Positions 1-13,537 are shown, numbered from the stretch's first letter. The stretch: 64,000 bases of DNA from Malacoraja senta (GCA_038087875.1 CM076000.1:1550001-1614000), one strand, 5' to 3'. Numbers and translations: made by a program. The notes: a model not told the origin generated them from the sequence alone.

Positions 1-480
1 CAGTCCCTTTGCGATTAGTAAGCTCACCAGTGCTCTCTTTCTTCTTCGTGATGTTACAAACAGTTGATTTTGGTAAGCCCAAGGTTTGGCTGACGTCTCT
101 AACAGTCTTATTCTTGTTTCTAAGTCCATTATGGCTTATTTGACTTTCATTGGCACAACTTTGGTCCTCATGTTGAGAAACAGCAATAAAAGTTTCCAAA
201 TGTGATGGAAAAACTAGGTGCTGAGTGCTCTCTTATACCGGCATTATGGAGGCAAACGTCCCAAACATTATGGTGCCCCGAAATGGGAACACTAGGTATA
301 AACACTGCTGTAATTTCTGCATGGTGAAACCAAAATGTATAAAAAATATTCTTTAATAAAATCCAACAATGTGCAGTTTAACCACATGTGATTTCTTTCT
401 ATTACAAATCTTAAATTGTGGAGTACAGAAGCAAATAAATAAATGATGGGTCTTTGTCCCAAACATTATGGAGGGCACTG
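1..480 (-). mobile_element. Partial Tc1 transposon, family B (transposase 5' part and terminus)
   Basis: Ends in ...ttatggagggcactg; same family as 25551-27126 and 51041-52877. Confidence 0.88.
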
Positions 481-1209
481 TGTGAAGGGACAATTGGTTT
501 CCCTACCTGAAAGCATTAGAATTAGTTTGAGCATCTCAAAGTAAAATATTCCAGGAATGGTGCTCTGTCGCCCCATCGCAAGCAGTGATGAGTTGGTGAA
601 TATGTGATTGAAGTTCTCCTGACATCAGAAGATTAAGGACCAACAGAAAATCTGTGCTCTAAAGAACAGTAGGAGGAAAGAACGTATGCATTCGAACAAT
701 TTGCTTATAACTATGACACGCAGAGATACTTCAACATTGTTGAGGTCTATTGGTCCACCACAATGGTGGCACTACGAACTTCAGTTTTGCTCTGTTATAG
801 TTACCTAGTATAACTGTTATCAATTGTATTATGTGTTTATCCGTTATTGTGTTTGCAGTCTGTTAAGGTGCAGCAAATAAGAATTCAATTATCAAGTGTA
901 CCGGTAACGGAACAACTAAACACTCTTGATATATGAGAGGATGGGCCTCTGCCAATCTGCTGCCCGGGTACAGCAATGTCCAACAAGAACGTTTCTCAAA
1001 ACGTGGATCACTTCCTTTATCTTGGAGCCACCCGGCAGCGAAGGCAACATTGATAATCTGAATATATTCTTCCTTAGTTTATATTCATTAAAACATATCA
1101 GGGTAATGCCTGAGAAAATGGATTTAGACAGATAACTTAAATTACTCTGTTGGATAGCCTGGACATGGTTCTGATAAATTTAGAGTTTGAATCTTGCCAA
1201 TCTATTTAA

Positions 1210-1548
1210 GGTGTAGGAAAGAACTGCAGATGCTGGTTTAAACCGAAGATAGACACAAAAAGCTGTAGTAACTCAGCAGGTCAGACAGCTGAGCAGGCCC
1301 AGGACAGAAAGGTCAGTGTGGGAATGGGAACGGTTACTTTTCATCATTCATTCATTCATTCATTTATCATCATTACTTTTTTGCATATCTTTCATTCATT
1401 TGCTCTATATCACCATCTATATCTCTCGTTTCCCTTTCCCCTGATTCTCAGTTTGAAGAAGAGTCTCGACCCAAAACATCACCTATTTCTTTTCTCCAGA
1501 GGTGATGTCTGACCCGCTGAGTTACTCCAGCTTTTTCCAGTCTATCTT
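1210..1548. mobile_element. Penelope pLTR-derived short repeat, two inverted halves
   Basis: aactgcagatgctgg...gtaactcagc on one side and its reverse complement on the other; degenerate hammerhead-like core at ~1451-1483. Confidence 0.7.
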
Positions 1549-1749
1549 AAATTTATTGAAGGTATTGTTTTAAAATATAAGCTAGGTTGGTGGGCTACTG
1601 CAGTTGGAGTTTAAAAGAGGAAGTGTATAAATCCTTGAATGTATCTAGCTATTTTGTTTTTACCTAAAAGTATGTATTATAACTAATGGCACTTTTGTGA
1701 AAATACAATATTTTCAAAAGCAATCTAATTTGCAAACTTGTTGCGAAGC

Positions 1750-2740
1750 ATATGGAACTGGGTCTCTGTCGCTTTGCAACTGGATGCTCAACTTCATCAA
1801 CAGAACACAATTGGTACAAATTGGCATCAATTCATCAAGTCAAGTCACATTTATTTATATAGCACATTTAAAAAACAACTCTCGTTGGCCAAAGTGCTTT
1901 ACATTTGTTATAAGAATAGCATAAACAAAACAAACTACATACATATATACATGTAGCCCTCACTCGGAGGACGTCAGGAAAGGCTTGGGAGTATAGATAA
2001 GTTTTTAGTCTTGACTTAAAAGAGTCGATAGAGGGGGCAGTTCTGATGGGAAAGGGGATGCTGTTCCACAGTCTAGGGGCTGCAACCGCAAAGGAGCAGT
2101 CGCCCCTGAGCTTATGCCTAGACCGTGGGATATTCAGCAACCCCAAGTTGGTTCATGGTCCTCGAAAACCATCAGCACATAGGCACCTTATGGCTGCATG
2201 CTCACACCCCTGCTCTACTCTCTCTATATCCATGACTAGCTGGATACTGTTCCAACTCTACCTTTAAATTAGCCGATGACGCTGCTGTTGTTGGATGAAT
2301 TGTGCATGACAAGTCATAATATAGGAGGGAGATCTATCGTCTAATTGAATGGTGGTAGTATGACAACCTTGTTCTCAACGTCAGCAAGACCAAGGAACTG
2401 ATTGTTGACTTTAGATGAGGAAGGCCAGGATCCACATACTTGTCTTCATCGATAAGTCAGTGGTGGACAGAGTTAACAACTTCGGGTCCCTGGGCATGTA
2501 TATTTCTGAGGAACTGCCCTGGACCCAGCAGAATCATGCAATCAAAAAGAAAGCTCATCAATGCCTCTACTTCCTTAGAAGATTGAGGAGGTTCTAAATA
2601 TTGATGCGTACTCTCTTGAACTTCTATAAAAGTATGGTAGAGAGCATATGGATTGGTTGCACTACGGCCTGGATTGGTAACTCAAGCCCACGAACGAAGA
2701 TTACAAAAAGTGAGGGACACTGCCTGGTCGATCATGGGCA
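1750..2740 (+). mobile_element. Degenerate Rex1/Babar-type LINE fragment interrupted by an L2 insertion
   Basis: CNWMLNF, FKxADD, KAHQCLYFLRRLRRF and VESIWIGCTTAW motifs. Confidence 0.75.
1836..2151 (-). mobile_element. L2 LINE 3' end
   Basis: RGDxSFAVAAPRLWNSIP...FKSRLKTYLY; (TGACT)n tail; TTCAT on both flanks; near-identical to 29938-30250. Confidence 0.88.
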
Positions 2741-2943
2741 AACTCGTAGCCTAGAACTTACTAATGTTATTGAAATGTTCGGTGATTAAATTTGGCGCAT
2801 TCTTTGTCTCCCTCTTAACCTGACTTCGGCTTTCACCATGAACAGCCACAATATTTTGTTTACGGTGCTGTGCTTTAGAAACTATTATTTTGGAATTTCT
2901 TTATCCTGTGTTACATTATTCATTATATTTTACATACATTTAG

Positions 2944-3053
2944 ACCTGCCCTCTTCTGCTGAGAGTATTCACAACTAATAATGGAAGACATCACAGAATG
3001 GATGATTTTGCCAGAGGAAATGTCCCATCTAGTGAGCTTCAGATCTATACTTG
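2944..3053 (+). CDS. SAP18: SAP18 internal coding exon (TCPLLLRVFTTNNGRHHRMDDFARGNVPSSELQIYTW); first exon lies upstream of the window
   Basis: ttag acceptor and gtaagt donor; 110 nt; translation nearly identical to vertebrate SAP18 as recalled. Confidence 0.97.
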
Positions 3054-3249
3054 GTAAGTATTGTTCTTGATTTGTTAACACATATCTGATTATTATGGTA
3101 CTGATGGCTATAGCCTTACCATCTATTTACTTAATAGAAGACAGCATTGTAAAAAGTCTATTCTCAAACCTATTGGTATTACAACAAGCTTTGTGAATGT
3201 ATTTAAGGAACAACTTTTTTAAATATAATGTTTGTGTTTTATAATTAAG

Positions 3250-3372
3250 GATGGATGCTACATTGAAGGAGTTAACTAGCTTAGTGAAGGAAGTTTATCC
3301 AGAGGCACGGAAGAAAGGAACACATTTCAGCTTTGCAATTGTGTATCCGGATCCTAAACGACCCGGTTACAG
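3250..3372 (+). CDS. SAP18: SAP18 internal coding exon (MDATLKELTSLVKEVYPEARKKGTHFSFAIVYPDPKRPGYR)
   Basis: AG/GT bounded; 123 nt; phase-compatible with both neighbouring exons. Confidence 0.97.
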
Positions 3373-3489
3373 GTTAGTACACAATTACCAAATTCATTGT
3401 TCACCAGACGGCTCTTTGTAGGCACACAAAAAAATCAGCATTTCCCTTAATTTGTACATCTCAAGATGGATGTTGATGTTGTGATTTTA

Positions 3490-5079
3490 CAGTGCATTCA
3501 GAAGGTATTCAGACCCCTTCACTTTTTCCACATTTTGTTAAGTTACAGCCTTATTCTAAAATGGATTAAATTCTTTTTTTTTAAATCATCAATCTACACA
3601 CAATATCCCATAATAAAAAAGCGAAAACAGGCGTTTAGATATTTTTGCAAAGTAATTAAAAATAAATAACTGAAATATCACATTTACATAAGTATTCAGA
3701 CCCTTTGCTATGACACTCAAAATTGCTTAGGTTCATCCTGTTTCCATTGATTAACCTTGAGATGTTTCTACAACTTGATTGGAGTCCACCAATGGTAAAT
3801 TAAATTGATTGGACATGATTTGGAAAGGCACACACCTGTCTATATAAGGTCCCACAGTTGACAGTGCATGTCAGAGCAAAAACCAAGCCATGAAGACGAC
3901 GGAATTGTCCGTAGACCTCCGAGACAGGATTGTGTCGAGACACAGATCTGGGGAAGGGTATAAAACAATTTCTGCAGCATTGCAGGTCCCGAAGAGCACA
4001 GTGGCCTCCGTCATTCTTAAATGGAAGAACTTTGGAACCACCAGGACTCTTCATAGAGCTGGCCGCCCGGCCAAACTGAGCAATCGGGGGAGATGGGCCT
4101 TGGTCAGGGAGGTGACCAAGAACCCGGTGGTCACTCTGAGAGCTCCAGAGTTCCTCTGTGGAGGTGGGAGAACCTTCCAGAAGGACAACTATTTCTGCAG
4201 CACACCACCACTCAAATCTTTATGGTAGAGTGGCCAGATGGAAGCCACTCCTCAGTAAAAGGCACATGACAGCCTGCTGTGAGTTATCCAAAAGGGTTTT
4301 GTTTTCTCTTGTGCTCTGGCCTGATGAAACCAAGATTGAACTCTTTGGCCTGAATGCCAAACGTCACATCTGGAGGAAACCAGGCACCAGGTTATTTCTC
4401 ATCACCTGGCCAATACCATACCTATGGTGAAGCATGGTGGTGGCAGCATCATTCTGTGGGGATGTTTTTCAGCAGCAGGAACTGGGAGACTAGTCAGGAT
4501 TGAGGGAAAGATGAACGGAGTACAGAGAGGGATCCTTGATGAAAACCTGTTCCAGAGCGTTCTGGACCTCAGACTGGGGTGGAGGTTCACCTTCCAACAG
4601 AACAACGACCCTAAGCACGCAGCCAAGACAATGCAGGAGTGGCATCGTGACAAGTCTGTGAATGTCCTTGAGTGGCCCAGCCAGAGCCTGGACTTGAACC
4701 CGATTGAACATCTCTGGAGGGACCTGAAAATAGCTGTGCATCAATGCTCCCCATCCAACCTAACAGAGCTTGAGAGAATCTGCAGAGAAGAATGGGAGAA
4801 ATGACCCAAATACAGGTGTGCCAAGCTTGTAGCGTCATACCCAAGAAGACTTGAGGCTGTAATCGCTTCCAAAGGTGCCTCAACAAATTACTGAGTAAAG
4901 GGTCTGAATACTTATGTAAATGTAATATTTCAGTTATTTCTTTTTAATTACCTTGTAAAAATTTCTAAACACCTGTTTTCACCTTTTTATTATGGGGTAT
5001 TGTGTGTAGATTAATGATAATTAAAAAAAAGAATGTAATCCTTTTTAGAATCAGGCTGTGTAGCAGTCTGAATGCACTG
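3490..5079 (+). mobile_element. Near full-length Tc1 transposon, family A, with frameshifted DD34E transposase, in a SAP18 intron
   Basis: TA-CAGTGCATTCAGA ... TCTGAATGCACTG-TA; long TIRs; ORF pieces at 3890-4804 with DETK, NNDPKH and [15 protein letters not shown]. Confidence 0.95.
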
Positions 5080-5974
5080 TATATTTATCCATCTGTTGGG
5101 TAACAGCAATCAGCAGTTCTTTTGAAGCTGACATAATTCTCACACCCATCCAACCTGGCTGATCCTAATCTTATCTCAGCATTGGAACACTGCAGACCAT
5201 CCAGGAACTGTTTTATATTTGTATTTTGTACTAATGTCTTTTTTTTAATAAAGTCTTTTTCTTTCCACTGTCTTGTAGAATTGTAAGGCAGCTTTCGTTG
5301 CCTCCAACAGCTTTCGTTGTCTTTGTTTTTTCAACCTGTGTTTCAGTCTCTGCTCTCCCTCCCTCCTTCTCCCTCTCTCCCTCTCTGCCCCTTGAGCCCA
5401 CCCACCGTTCTGTAAGATCAAGTCCAATCCCAATGTAACTGCAATCCCACCACCCACAGGTAACTTTTCACCACTAGTCTTATCCAGAATTCTACCACTG
5501 CCTGAAAAATAATCAAAGGCTCAACTTCCACTGAGAAAGAGAATTCCAAAGACTCATTGTTATACGAGAATTTTCCCGAACAGTCTGTGACGCATAGCGC
5601 TGTGGCCAGAGCGCTATGTTTAAAGCCCATAGTGCTGCAGCCAGTAGAGCTGTATTTAGAACCCATAGCGCTGCAGCCGACAGCTCTTTGTTTAAATTCC
5701 CACGCGTTAAACTGACAGCGCTCTATTTAAACTTTTGAGCGCCAAACCGGCAGTGCTGTGTGTATTACTTTTACACCCCTTTGCGGGCCGGATGCGGAAA
5801 TTTGCCGAAATTATTCCATTTCCCTAAAATTACCCGAAGACAACCAGAATTTTGGGTAATTTCCTTCAAAGTGGAAACACTGGCATCAGGTAGCATCTTT
5901 AGAGAACATGGATATATGATGTGTTGGGTCGGGATCCTTAATCAGACCCTGTTCTCCAAAGATGCTACCTGACC

Positions 5975-6385
5975 CACTTGACCAGCTGATCAAGATTCTG
6001 CTGTAATTCTTGATGACCATCTTCCCTGTCTATGATGCCAATGGCATCTGCAATGTACATTCTCATCCAAATCACTGATATCAATGGGCCCAGCAATGAT
6101 CCATGAGGCACACCACTAGTCATAAAATTCCACTCTGAAAAACAACCTTCTACCACCACTTTCTGCTTCCTACCATAAAGCCAATTGTGTATTCAGTTAG
6201 CCAGCTGGGTTCCATGTGATCTAACCTTCCAGTGCAACCTTCCATATTGAACATTATCAATGGCCTTGCTGAAGTCCATATAGATCATTGTTAGTCCACA
6301 TGGACTACTACTACGACTTCAAAAAATTCAATCAAATTCATGAAACACAATCTCCCATGCATAAAACCATGCTTACTATCCCTAT
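5975..6385 (-). mobile_element. CR1 LINE RT fragment
   Basis: TSGVPHGSLLGP and LQQNLDQLVKW motifs. Confidence 0.8.
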
Positions 6386-8442
6386 TACTATTCCTTCTCT
6401 CCAGATATGCTGCCTGAGTTACTCCATCATTTTGTGTCTACGTTTGATTTAAAACAGCATCTGCAGTTTTCTTACTATCCCTAATCAATCGTTGTCTTAT
6501 CCAATTTTAGTGTTGTACCTATTAACTCCAATATATAGTTAAAATTTTAATCATTATTTTTAATGCATCTAAAGATACTTTGTTGGAAATGTTGAATATA
6601 TAGATCAGTTTTTTAAATGTAGACAATGTATTTCCTGGTGGAGGTGACATAGTAAAAGTTCACATGGTGTGTTGACGTTAATTTTATTACCGTATATGTC
6701 GAGATTCCAGAGATGAGGCTGAATAATTGGGAATGCCATCAATTAATGATGAACTGTTAAACCTGAGATTTCTTTGCATCGAGTAATAGACTGGAAGATT
6801 GCTTAACGTCAGAATAGGTGACATTAACGAAAAGGTAATTTGTTTCAGTTTTAAGATGGTAGTAATCATATTTAATGCTACTGATACTAAAGACAATTGA
6901 GAAACATCAATGCATAATTTTAGGCTGTGGGCCGAGCATCAAAAATGTGTCTAGAATTTAACTTTCGTGACCCATGTCTGGTATCGACTTGAAATTTGGC
7001 AGATTTAGATAAAATATAATTGAGGAGGAATTCATAACTCGTCAGTGTCAAAAGTTGCACACTAATTAAGCTAATTAGAAAATTAGAACGAAAAAACATC
7101 ATCTAGTGCTCAATGCTCATATTAAGGGGAGCCTAATTCCATGCTGCGGTCTATTTAAACCAAATATTATTATACCATATATATATATATATAACGTGAA
7201 TATGACTGGAATTATATATAATTATATTTATAAAAATAATGTAATGAATATAATTGTGAGTGTGTATGTTGAGTGAGACTGCTGCAAAGGTCCTGTGTTT
7301 CACGGGCTCCTGAACCTGCTTAATTAATGTGTGAGGGCAGATCCTGTGCGTTCCCCTGTTTACTGAACCCCACTGACTGCCAGTGGGCAGAGTGGGGGTC
7401 ATGGCCATAGTGGGACTGGGGCAGTGCCAGGCTTGGGGAAAGCACTGAAAGGAAAATGTCTAACCCTAACTCGCCCCCTTTCCAGAGCTGCCCACGGCTG
7501 GAGCTGGAGCCGCTTTGGGACCGGCTGCGGCTCCGTACGTGTGGTCGCTCAGCGCGTCCACCTCGGCCAGCATGCCCTTCTGGATCATCATGGTGATGAT
7601 GGTCCACTAGCGCACTGCAACACTGGCCTGCCGACAGCCCGACCGATCCCTCGCAGCACTCACCAGCGGGCCGACAGCCCAACCAACCCCTCGCAGCATC
7701 CACCGACAGCCCGACCGACTGACCCTAACTCTACATTTTTATTTAACAGTTCACATCATAACTTTACAACGATAAATCAATTGTAAAACAAAATTATCAG
7801 CAAGGTTAGCATTACCTTTATTCCTTCGAAACCTTGCTGTTGGTAGACAAAAATGCTGGAGAAACTCAACGGGTGAGGGAGCATCTATGGAGCGAAGGAA
7901 TAGGTGACGTTTCGGGTCGAGACTTCTTCAGACTGATGTTTTGATGTAATTAGGAGGTAGCGATGATCCCATTCTGCTCGCTACCTAGCTACCATGAAAC
8001 AAAGCGCGTGATTGATCAATTGGTCCATGTCAAACGTGCATTGATTGGACAATTACTACTCGGAAAATTGGAGGTTTTTCTCATATTTTAAAAATATGTG
8101 CAGGTTTTGGTCTTGACGAGTTTCAGGTATGATTTCTATAATATTTGTACACAATATGTTATAAATACAGGTAGATACGTGATTTGGGCCACAAAATGAA
8201 ACGAAAAAGCACCTCGGCCCAAGGTCTATTTGAAGACTTCCTCTATGGAGAATGTTTAAATTATAATCATGCATCAACAAGCACCAATAAATTTAAGATG
8301 TGAATTAAAGTCCAACAGCTTAGAATTAACAGGAAATGGGTTTGATGAGGGTTTAAAAAAAAAACATGTTTGTGTTCCTGTTAGGGGTTTATAGAAGAAA
8401 AATTACAGCTGGTGCTAATTTATGGATTTTTTTATATAACAG

Positions 8443-8599
8443 AGTTAAAGAAATTGGCACCACGGTTTCAGGAAGGAAAGGACCAGATGACTCCATGACA
8501 TTACAATCACAAAAATTTCAGATTGGGGACTATCTGGACATTGCAATTACACCGCCTAGTCGAGCACCACCGCCTCCCGGCCGTATGAGACCTTATTGA
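8443..8599 (+). CDS. SAP18: SAP18 last coding exon (VKEIGTTVSGRKGPDDSMTLQSQKFQIGDYLDIAITPPSRAPPPPGRMRPY*)
   Basis: acag acceptor; SAP18 C-terminus; TGA at 8597-8599. Confidence 0.97.
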
Positions 8600-8843
8600 T
8601 GTTCTTTCCACGTCCTCTTGTGTGGTGGGGGATAGAAACCCTCCATAACTAGGTTTTGTATTTGGAACAAATGGGCCATTATGGAATATTTGTTATTGGC
8701 CTTACTACAATCCAACCATTACATAAAACAAAACCATATTCTAACTTCATTGTAAACGATGTATTTTTTAAAATTGAAGAGACTTGTAGGATTTGTGTAT
8801 CGTCTTTAGTTATGGTTTTTGATTGGTTACTTGTTTGGACTTT

Positions 8844-8849
8844 AATAAA
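8844..8849 (+). terminator. SAP18: Probable SAP18 polyadenylation signal
   Basis: AATAAA about 245 nt after the stop, followed by GT/T-rich sequence. Confidence 0.6.
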
Positions 8850-10349
8850 GGTGTTCTTTGTGAATTTTTATTTTGCAGCATTAATACAATTTATACAAAT
8901 TTCTGGATAAAACCACATGGTTGAACCCTTTCTAGCATTCCATCAACATTTCGGAGGAGGCAGGAGTGGCAAAGTGATCAGAAACCAGCGGTCCAGCCCA
9001 TATGTGAGGCTGAGGATTTTATAGTGACTGAATATGGCAGGAAACTACTATAAGCTGGCTGCAGGTTATGAAAGGTTCAATTTTGGCTGATGTGCACAAG
9101 TCAATTTTGCCTGTAAATCTGAAAATACACAAGCATGACGCGGTATGGTAACCATAGTTGGAAATGAAAGGCACACGAAACTGATGACAACCATTACTAA
9201 GTAGTAGAGGGGAAATTAGTTCTGCCATTTGTAAGAACTGTTTTGTATGTACAATGACTAATTAAGCTTTCATAAAACTATATTGTCTTGGTTTGATTCC
9301 ATTAAGCTTCTCTAAAAGAATAGGTATACTTAGTTCTGTGTAAAGCATCTTTTAAAAGTGTGCACAAATTAGTTATTTATGTACACTGGGTGCTGCCAAT
9401 TGCTGAAATGACAACAAAAATGAAGTAAAGCCAAGGAGACAAGGAATCTTGAGCAAAACAGTGCTAGGGTCCCAACCTGAAATGGAGCCTGACCCACTGG
9501 GTTTACTCCAGCACTTTGCATTTTGCTAAAGCAATACCTAGGTAGTTTAAACTCCCAACAAAGTCTCCATGATATGATATTTTAAAGCAGGCCAAGTATT
9601 ACTACCATTAATGGAAATGTTCAAGCTACTGTCTTGGTAAGTGCCCATGAAGATATGGGAGAAAAATGAAAAATATCAATCTCCAGCATCCATGACCCCA
9701 AGCATAAACCAAACTTTTTAAAAGATGGAACTGTTGCCATTTAAAAAGGCTAAAAATATGTTGTAATCCCTAGCACATTAATTAACAATTGCATAAATAA
9801 AATCATACATAAATCATAACAAACAGATAACAAGTACTGGATTAGCAGAAAGGACAAAATGGAAATGAGTTTGAATTGGGGTTTCATAGAAAATAGGTGC
9901 AGGAGGAGGCCATTTGGCCCTTCGAGCCTGCACTGTCTCCTCACAAATTGTCTGCCCTGGCTGTTTCTTGTGGCTGGTTCTTCAATTAAAGCAAATGCCT
10001 GAAATCGTAATACAATCAGAGTCCAGAATATGTTTATTTGTTAATCATAGTATACACAAATCAATTAATTGTATAAAAATTGAGAATTTTACACTTATCA
10101 TCACGACCAAAGCATTAGAATTTGGGAATTAGATCAATTGCATAATCACATGCTGAATGTCAAGATCAGTCACAACTTAAGTAATGCATTTTACTCCAGC
10201 CTCAAAAATATATAAAATAGATACAATAGATCTTAAAGCTTCAAAGGACAGTGAACAAGATGCACAATATCCATCATGTGAGGGCCGGCACCCTGGCTCC
10301 AAACATACATCAACCACTGTTTAAAAAAAATGTTACAATTTCAGGGTTT

Positions 10350-10540
10350 TTTTTAGAGATACAGCGCAGAAACAGGCCCTTCGGCCCACCGGGTCCGCGC
10401 CGACCAGCGATCCCCGTACACTACACAAACTAGGGATGATTTTACATTTTCACCAAGCCAATTACCTGTACATTTTTGGAGTGTGGGGGGAATCCGAAGA
10501 TCTCGAAGAAAACCCAAGCAGGTCAAGGGGAGAACGTATT
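10350..10540 (-). mobile_element. HE1-like V-SINE 3' fragment
   Basis: V-domain remnant and gggcctgtttctgcgctgtatctctaaa tail. Confidence 0.75.
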
Positions 10541-11706
10541 GAAAGTATGGAAACAACTCTTTGTGCTTCATTACAACTGAACATTTATTCTACATTACTA
10601 TTTATATGAACCACTTCAGTCTATGTGGATCTGTTGTTGCTTCGAGCCTGCTTTTCAACAGCACTGAGCTGTTTTACTTCCAGAAACACTCTTCTAGTCC
10701 AGTTCTGAATTTTCCAATTAATCCAATGTTCTTATATTCCATTTAGTTTTTCACACCAAAACATAAATGTACAAACAGGTCACTTTCTAGGAAAAATATA
10801 AACATCATTAGAAAATGATCCCCCCCCCCTCCCCCCCCCCAAAATTACTAAAAGTCTACATGGCCAAGCCATTAGTCTCACAAAGAAAGGCTATTGAATA
10901 AAAATGCAGAATCAGTGCAAAAGTATTATATTATGATCAATCACTCCAATTCACTTAAACTTTAGTATGTAGCATGGCTGCCATGCAAAATTTATTGAGC
11001 ACTGATAAAAGGTACAAGAAAAATAGTACTTTAAGACAAAAGCCAGTCTTATTTTTTTTTTTTAAACAGCCTTTTCCACCAATGTCTCTGAACAACTATT
11101 TTTACCACCACACCCTTCCTTGGAAAATTATCCAGCTGCTGAGCATACTTACTAAACATTTTGTTTCTTGATATTTACTATACAATTGTTTAACAGATTA
11201 TACCCTCAAACTGAAAGTGCATTTGTGAACATTTGCATCTTCGATTTGGTTGATAGTTCCTATGAAGTAGGCTGAGAGGGTCACAGGACTAGAAGAGATC
11301 ACATAGGTGGCTGAATCCAAACACTAGAGAATTAACCAGGTGGGACCAAATAACAATATTAAAGGCTGCACCATGTATGTAGTTTTGTAACACAGATGTT
11401 CTCATTCACACCTTGTATTGATTACATCATTGACCTGCAAATATCCTTGAAAACGGCAAGTAGAGTGTCCTTTAATTCCAGTCGTAATGGAAGTATATTC
11501 TGCTATGATTAACTTTACTCAAAAAAAAGCTATAATGAATACATTGATTCAGAGGGATCATACTTTCTTTGATGAGGTGCAGCCTTGAATCATGTTAGTT
11601 GCAGTACTGATCAAAATTATTGACAGTTAAAGTAATACATTAAAAATACATCTAAATGCAAACTGCTTACCTATTTTCCTTCTTAAATTCCTTGCTGCAA
11701 GATTAA

Positions 11707-11787
11707 TTACATTAAATGGATGAAATTCTCTTTACTAGATTTATGCCCATAAGGAGTCTTCAAATTCACATCATACGATGATATAAT
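11707..11787 (-). CDS. SKA3: SKA3 last coding exon (IISSYDVNLKTPYGHKSSKENFIHLM*); exon probably continues to a donor at 11671
   Basis: gccag acceptor; phase 0; resembles the SKA3 C-terminal segment (LLSKYNSNLATP); AG|gtaagc donor 36 nt after the stop. Confidence 0.75.
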   Translation of the reverse strand: MISSYDVNLKTPYGHKSSKENFIHLM

Positions 11788-12224
11788 CTGGCACAGAGAT
11801 TTTATGGTTAGTATTTTATTGCAAAAAGAATTAGAAACTATCATTTTAACTATGGTAATATATTTTAGTTGTACTTCTTACTTGAATGTATAGACATTAC
11901 ATTTTAAGGAACAGATTATGATTATGCTAAAATAGATAAAATCAGGCAAGGTGTCCATTTAATCCATCAATCTCAGCTTGACGTCTAAAAGTGTTTAACC
12001 CACACCAGCTACATATTTATACAATGTTTTTAAGATACAAAAATACCCTAAAATGCTTTACACAAGTATTGAATAAATTTGACAATGCCATAGAAGGAAA
12101 CATTTGATGAACAAAAGTGAAATCAAAGAGTGAAGCTCTTGAGGAGAGCACTAGCGAGAGGGGTTGAGAAATAGAAAGGTTCAGAGCGAATTCCAGACGT
12201 TAGGGCCATGACAGTTGAGATACA

Positions 12225-12890
12225 TTTAGAATTAGAGTATGGAAACAGGCCATTCGGCACAACCTGTTCATGCAAACCAGGATGCCCCATCTAAGCTAGT
12301 CTCATTTGCCTGCATTTGGCCCATATTGCGCTAAACCGTTCCTATCCATGCACCCGTCCAACTGTTGTTTAAATGCTGTTATTCTACCTGATCAACTCCT
12401 CCATACAACCATCACCATATGCATGAAAAGGTTTCCCTCAGGTTCCTGTTAAATCTTTCCCATCTCATCTTAAACCTATGACCTCTAGATCTTGATTCCC
12501 CTACCCTGGGTAAAACGATGGTGCATTCACCTTATCTATTCCTCTCATGATTTTATACACCTCTACATGATCACCCCTCAGCTTGCACTCCACAACAGTA
12601 TATGGACACACTGATCTGTTCTGTATTTATTTATGCCTACAATATTCTGTTGTGCTGAAGCAAAGCAAGAATTTCATTGTCCTATCTGGGACACATGACA
12701 ATAAACTCTATTGAATCTTGAGACCTGGCAACATCCTTGTAAATCTTCTCTGCACTCTTTCCATCTTGATGAAATTTTTCCTATAGCAGGGTGACCAAAA
12801 CTTAATGTAATATTCCAAATGTGGCCTCACCAATGTCTTGTACAACTGCAACACAACATTCCAACTTCGATAAGCAATACTCAGTGCCAG
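12225..12890 (-). mobile_element. CR1 LINE 3' fragment
   Basis: LYKTLVRPHLEY...MERVQRRFTRMLPGL. Confidence 0.85.
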
Positions 12891-13537
12891 AAGTAGAATA
12901 AAAGACAATGTGCGAGAAACCAGAATTGGAGATATCCAGAACGCTGTTGGGAATTATGCAGAAAAATCTGAAAACCAGGACGATCATTTTTAGATCAACA
13001 TATTATTGAACTGGGTTCAAGGAGGAACAGAACTTGGCATATGCATCAACAGGAACAGCATGTTTTGACAACCCCGTTTACAAAAGGTGGATGATGACAA
13101 AGTAGAGTTGCAAAGGCTTAGTTCCACTCTTCTGCCTCAATATTTAACATTTTCCCCATAGTTTCCAAAGTTGTGCCTTTACAATGTAATGGTCAGCTTG
13201 GATGATATTTTCTACTATACCAAAGATCTTTTTTTGTTTTAATCCCCAGGCTCCCTTTTTCTTCTTATGTCTTATGTTTTGTTGTAATTACCAATTTGTC
13301 AAAACCAATTATGGCATAAAACCCGTTCTTAAATGTTCTTATAATAATGACATATCAGTAAGTTTCAATATTTATCCTAAAATAAGACACCACAAATTAG
13401 ATACGATGCTAACTGTGATCTTTAGCAAGTGCGCAAGTTTTGGAGAGCCTGTTTGAAATCAGAATGTGGACATATCATCCATTTATGCTGTCTCATGCCT
13501 CATCAATGATTAAGTAGTGAAAAGAAACAAAACCAAC

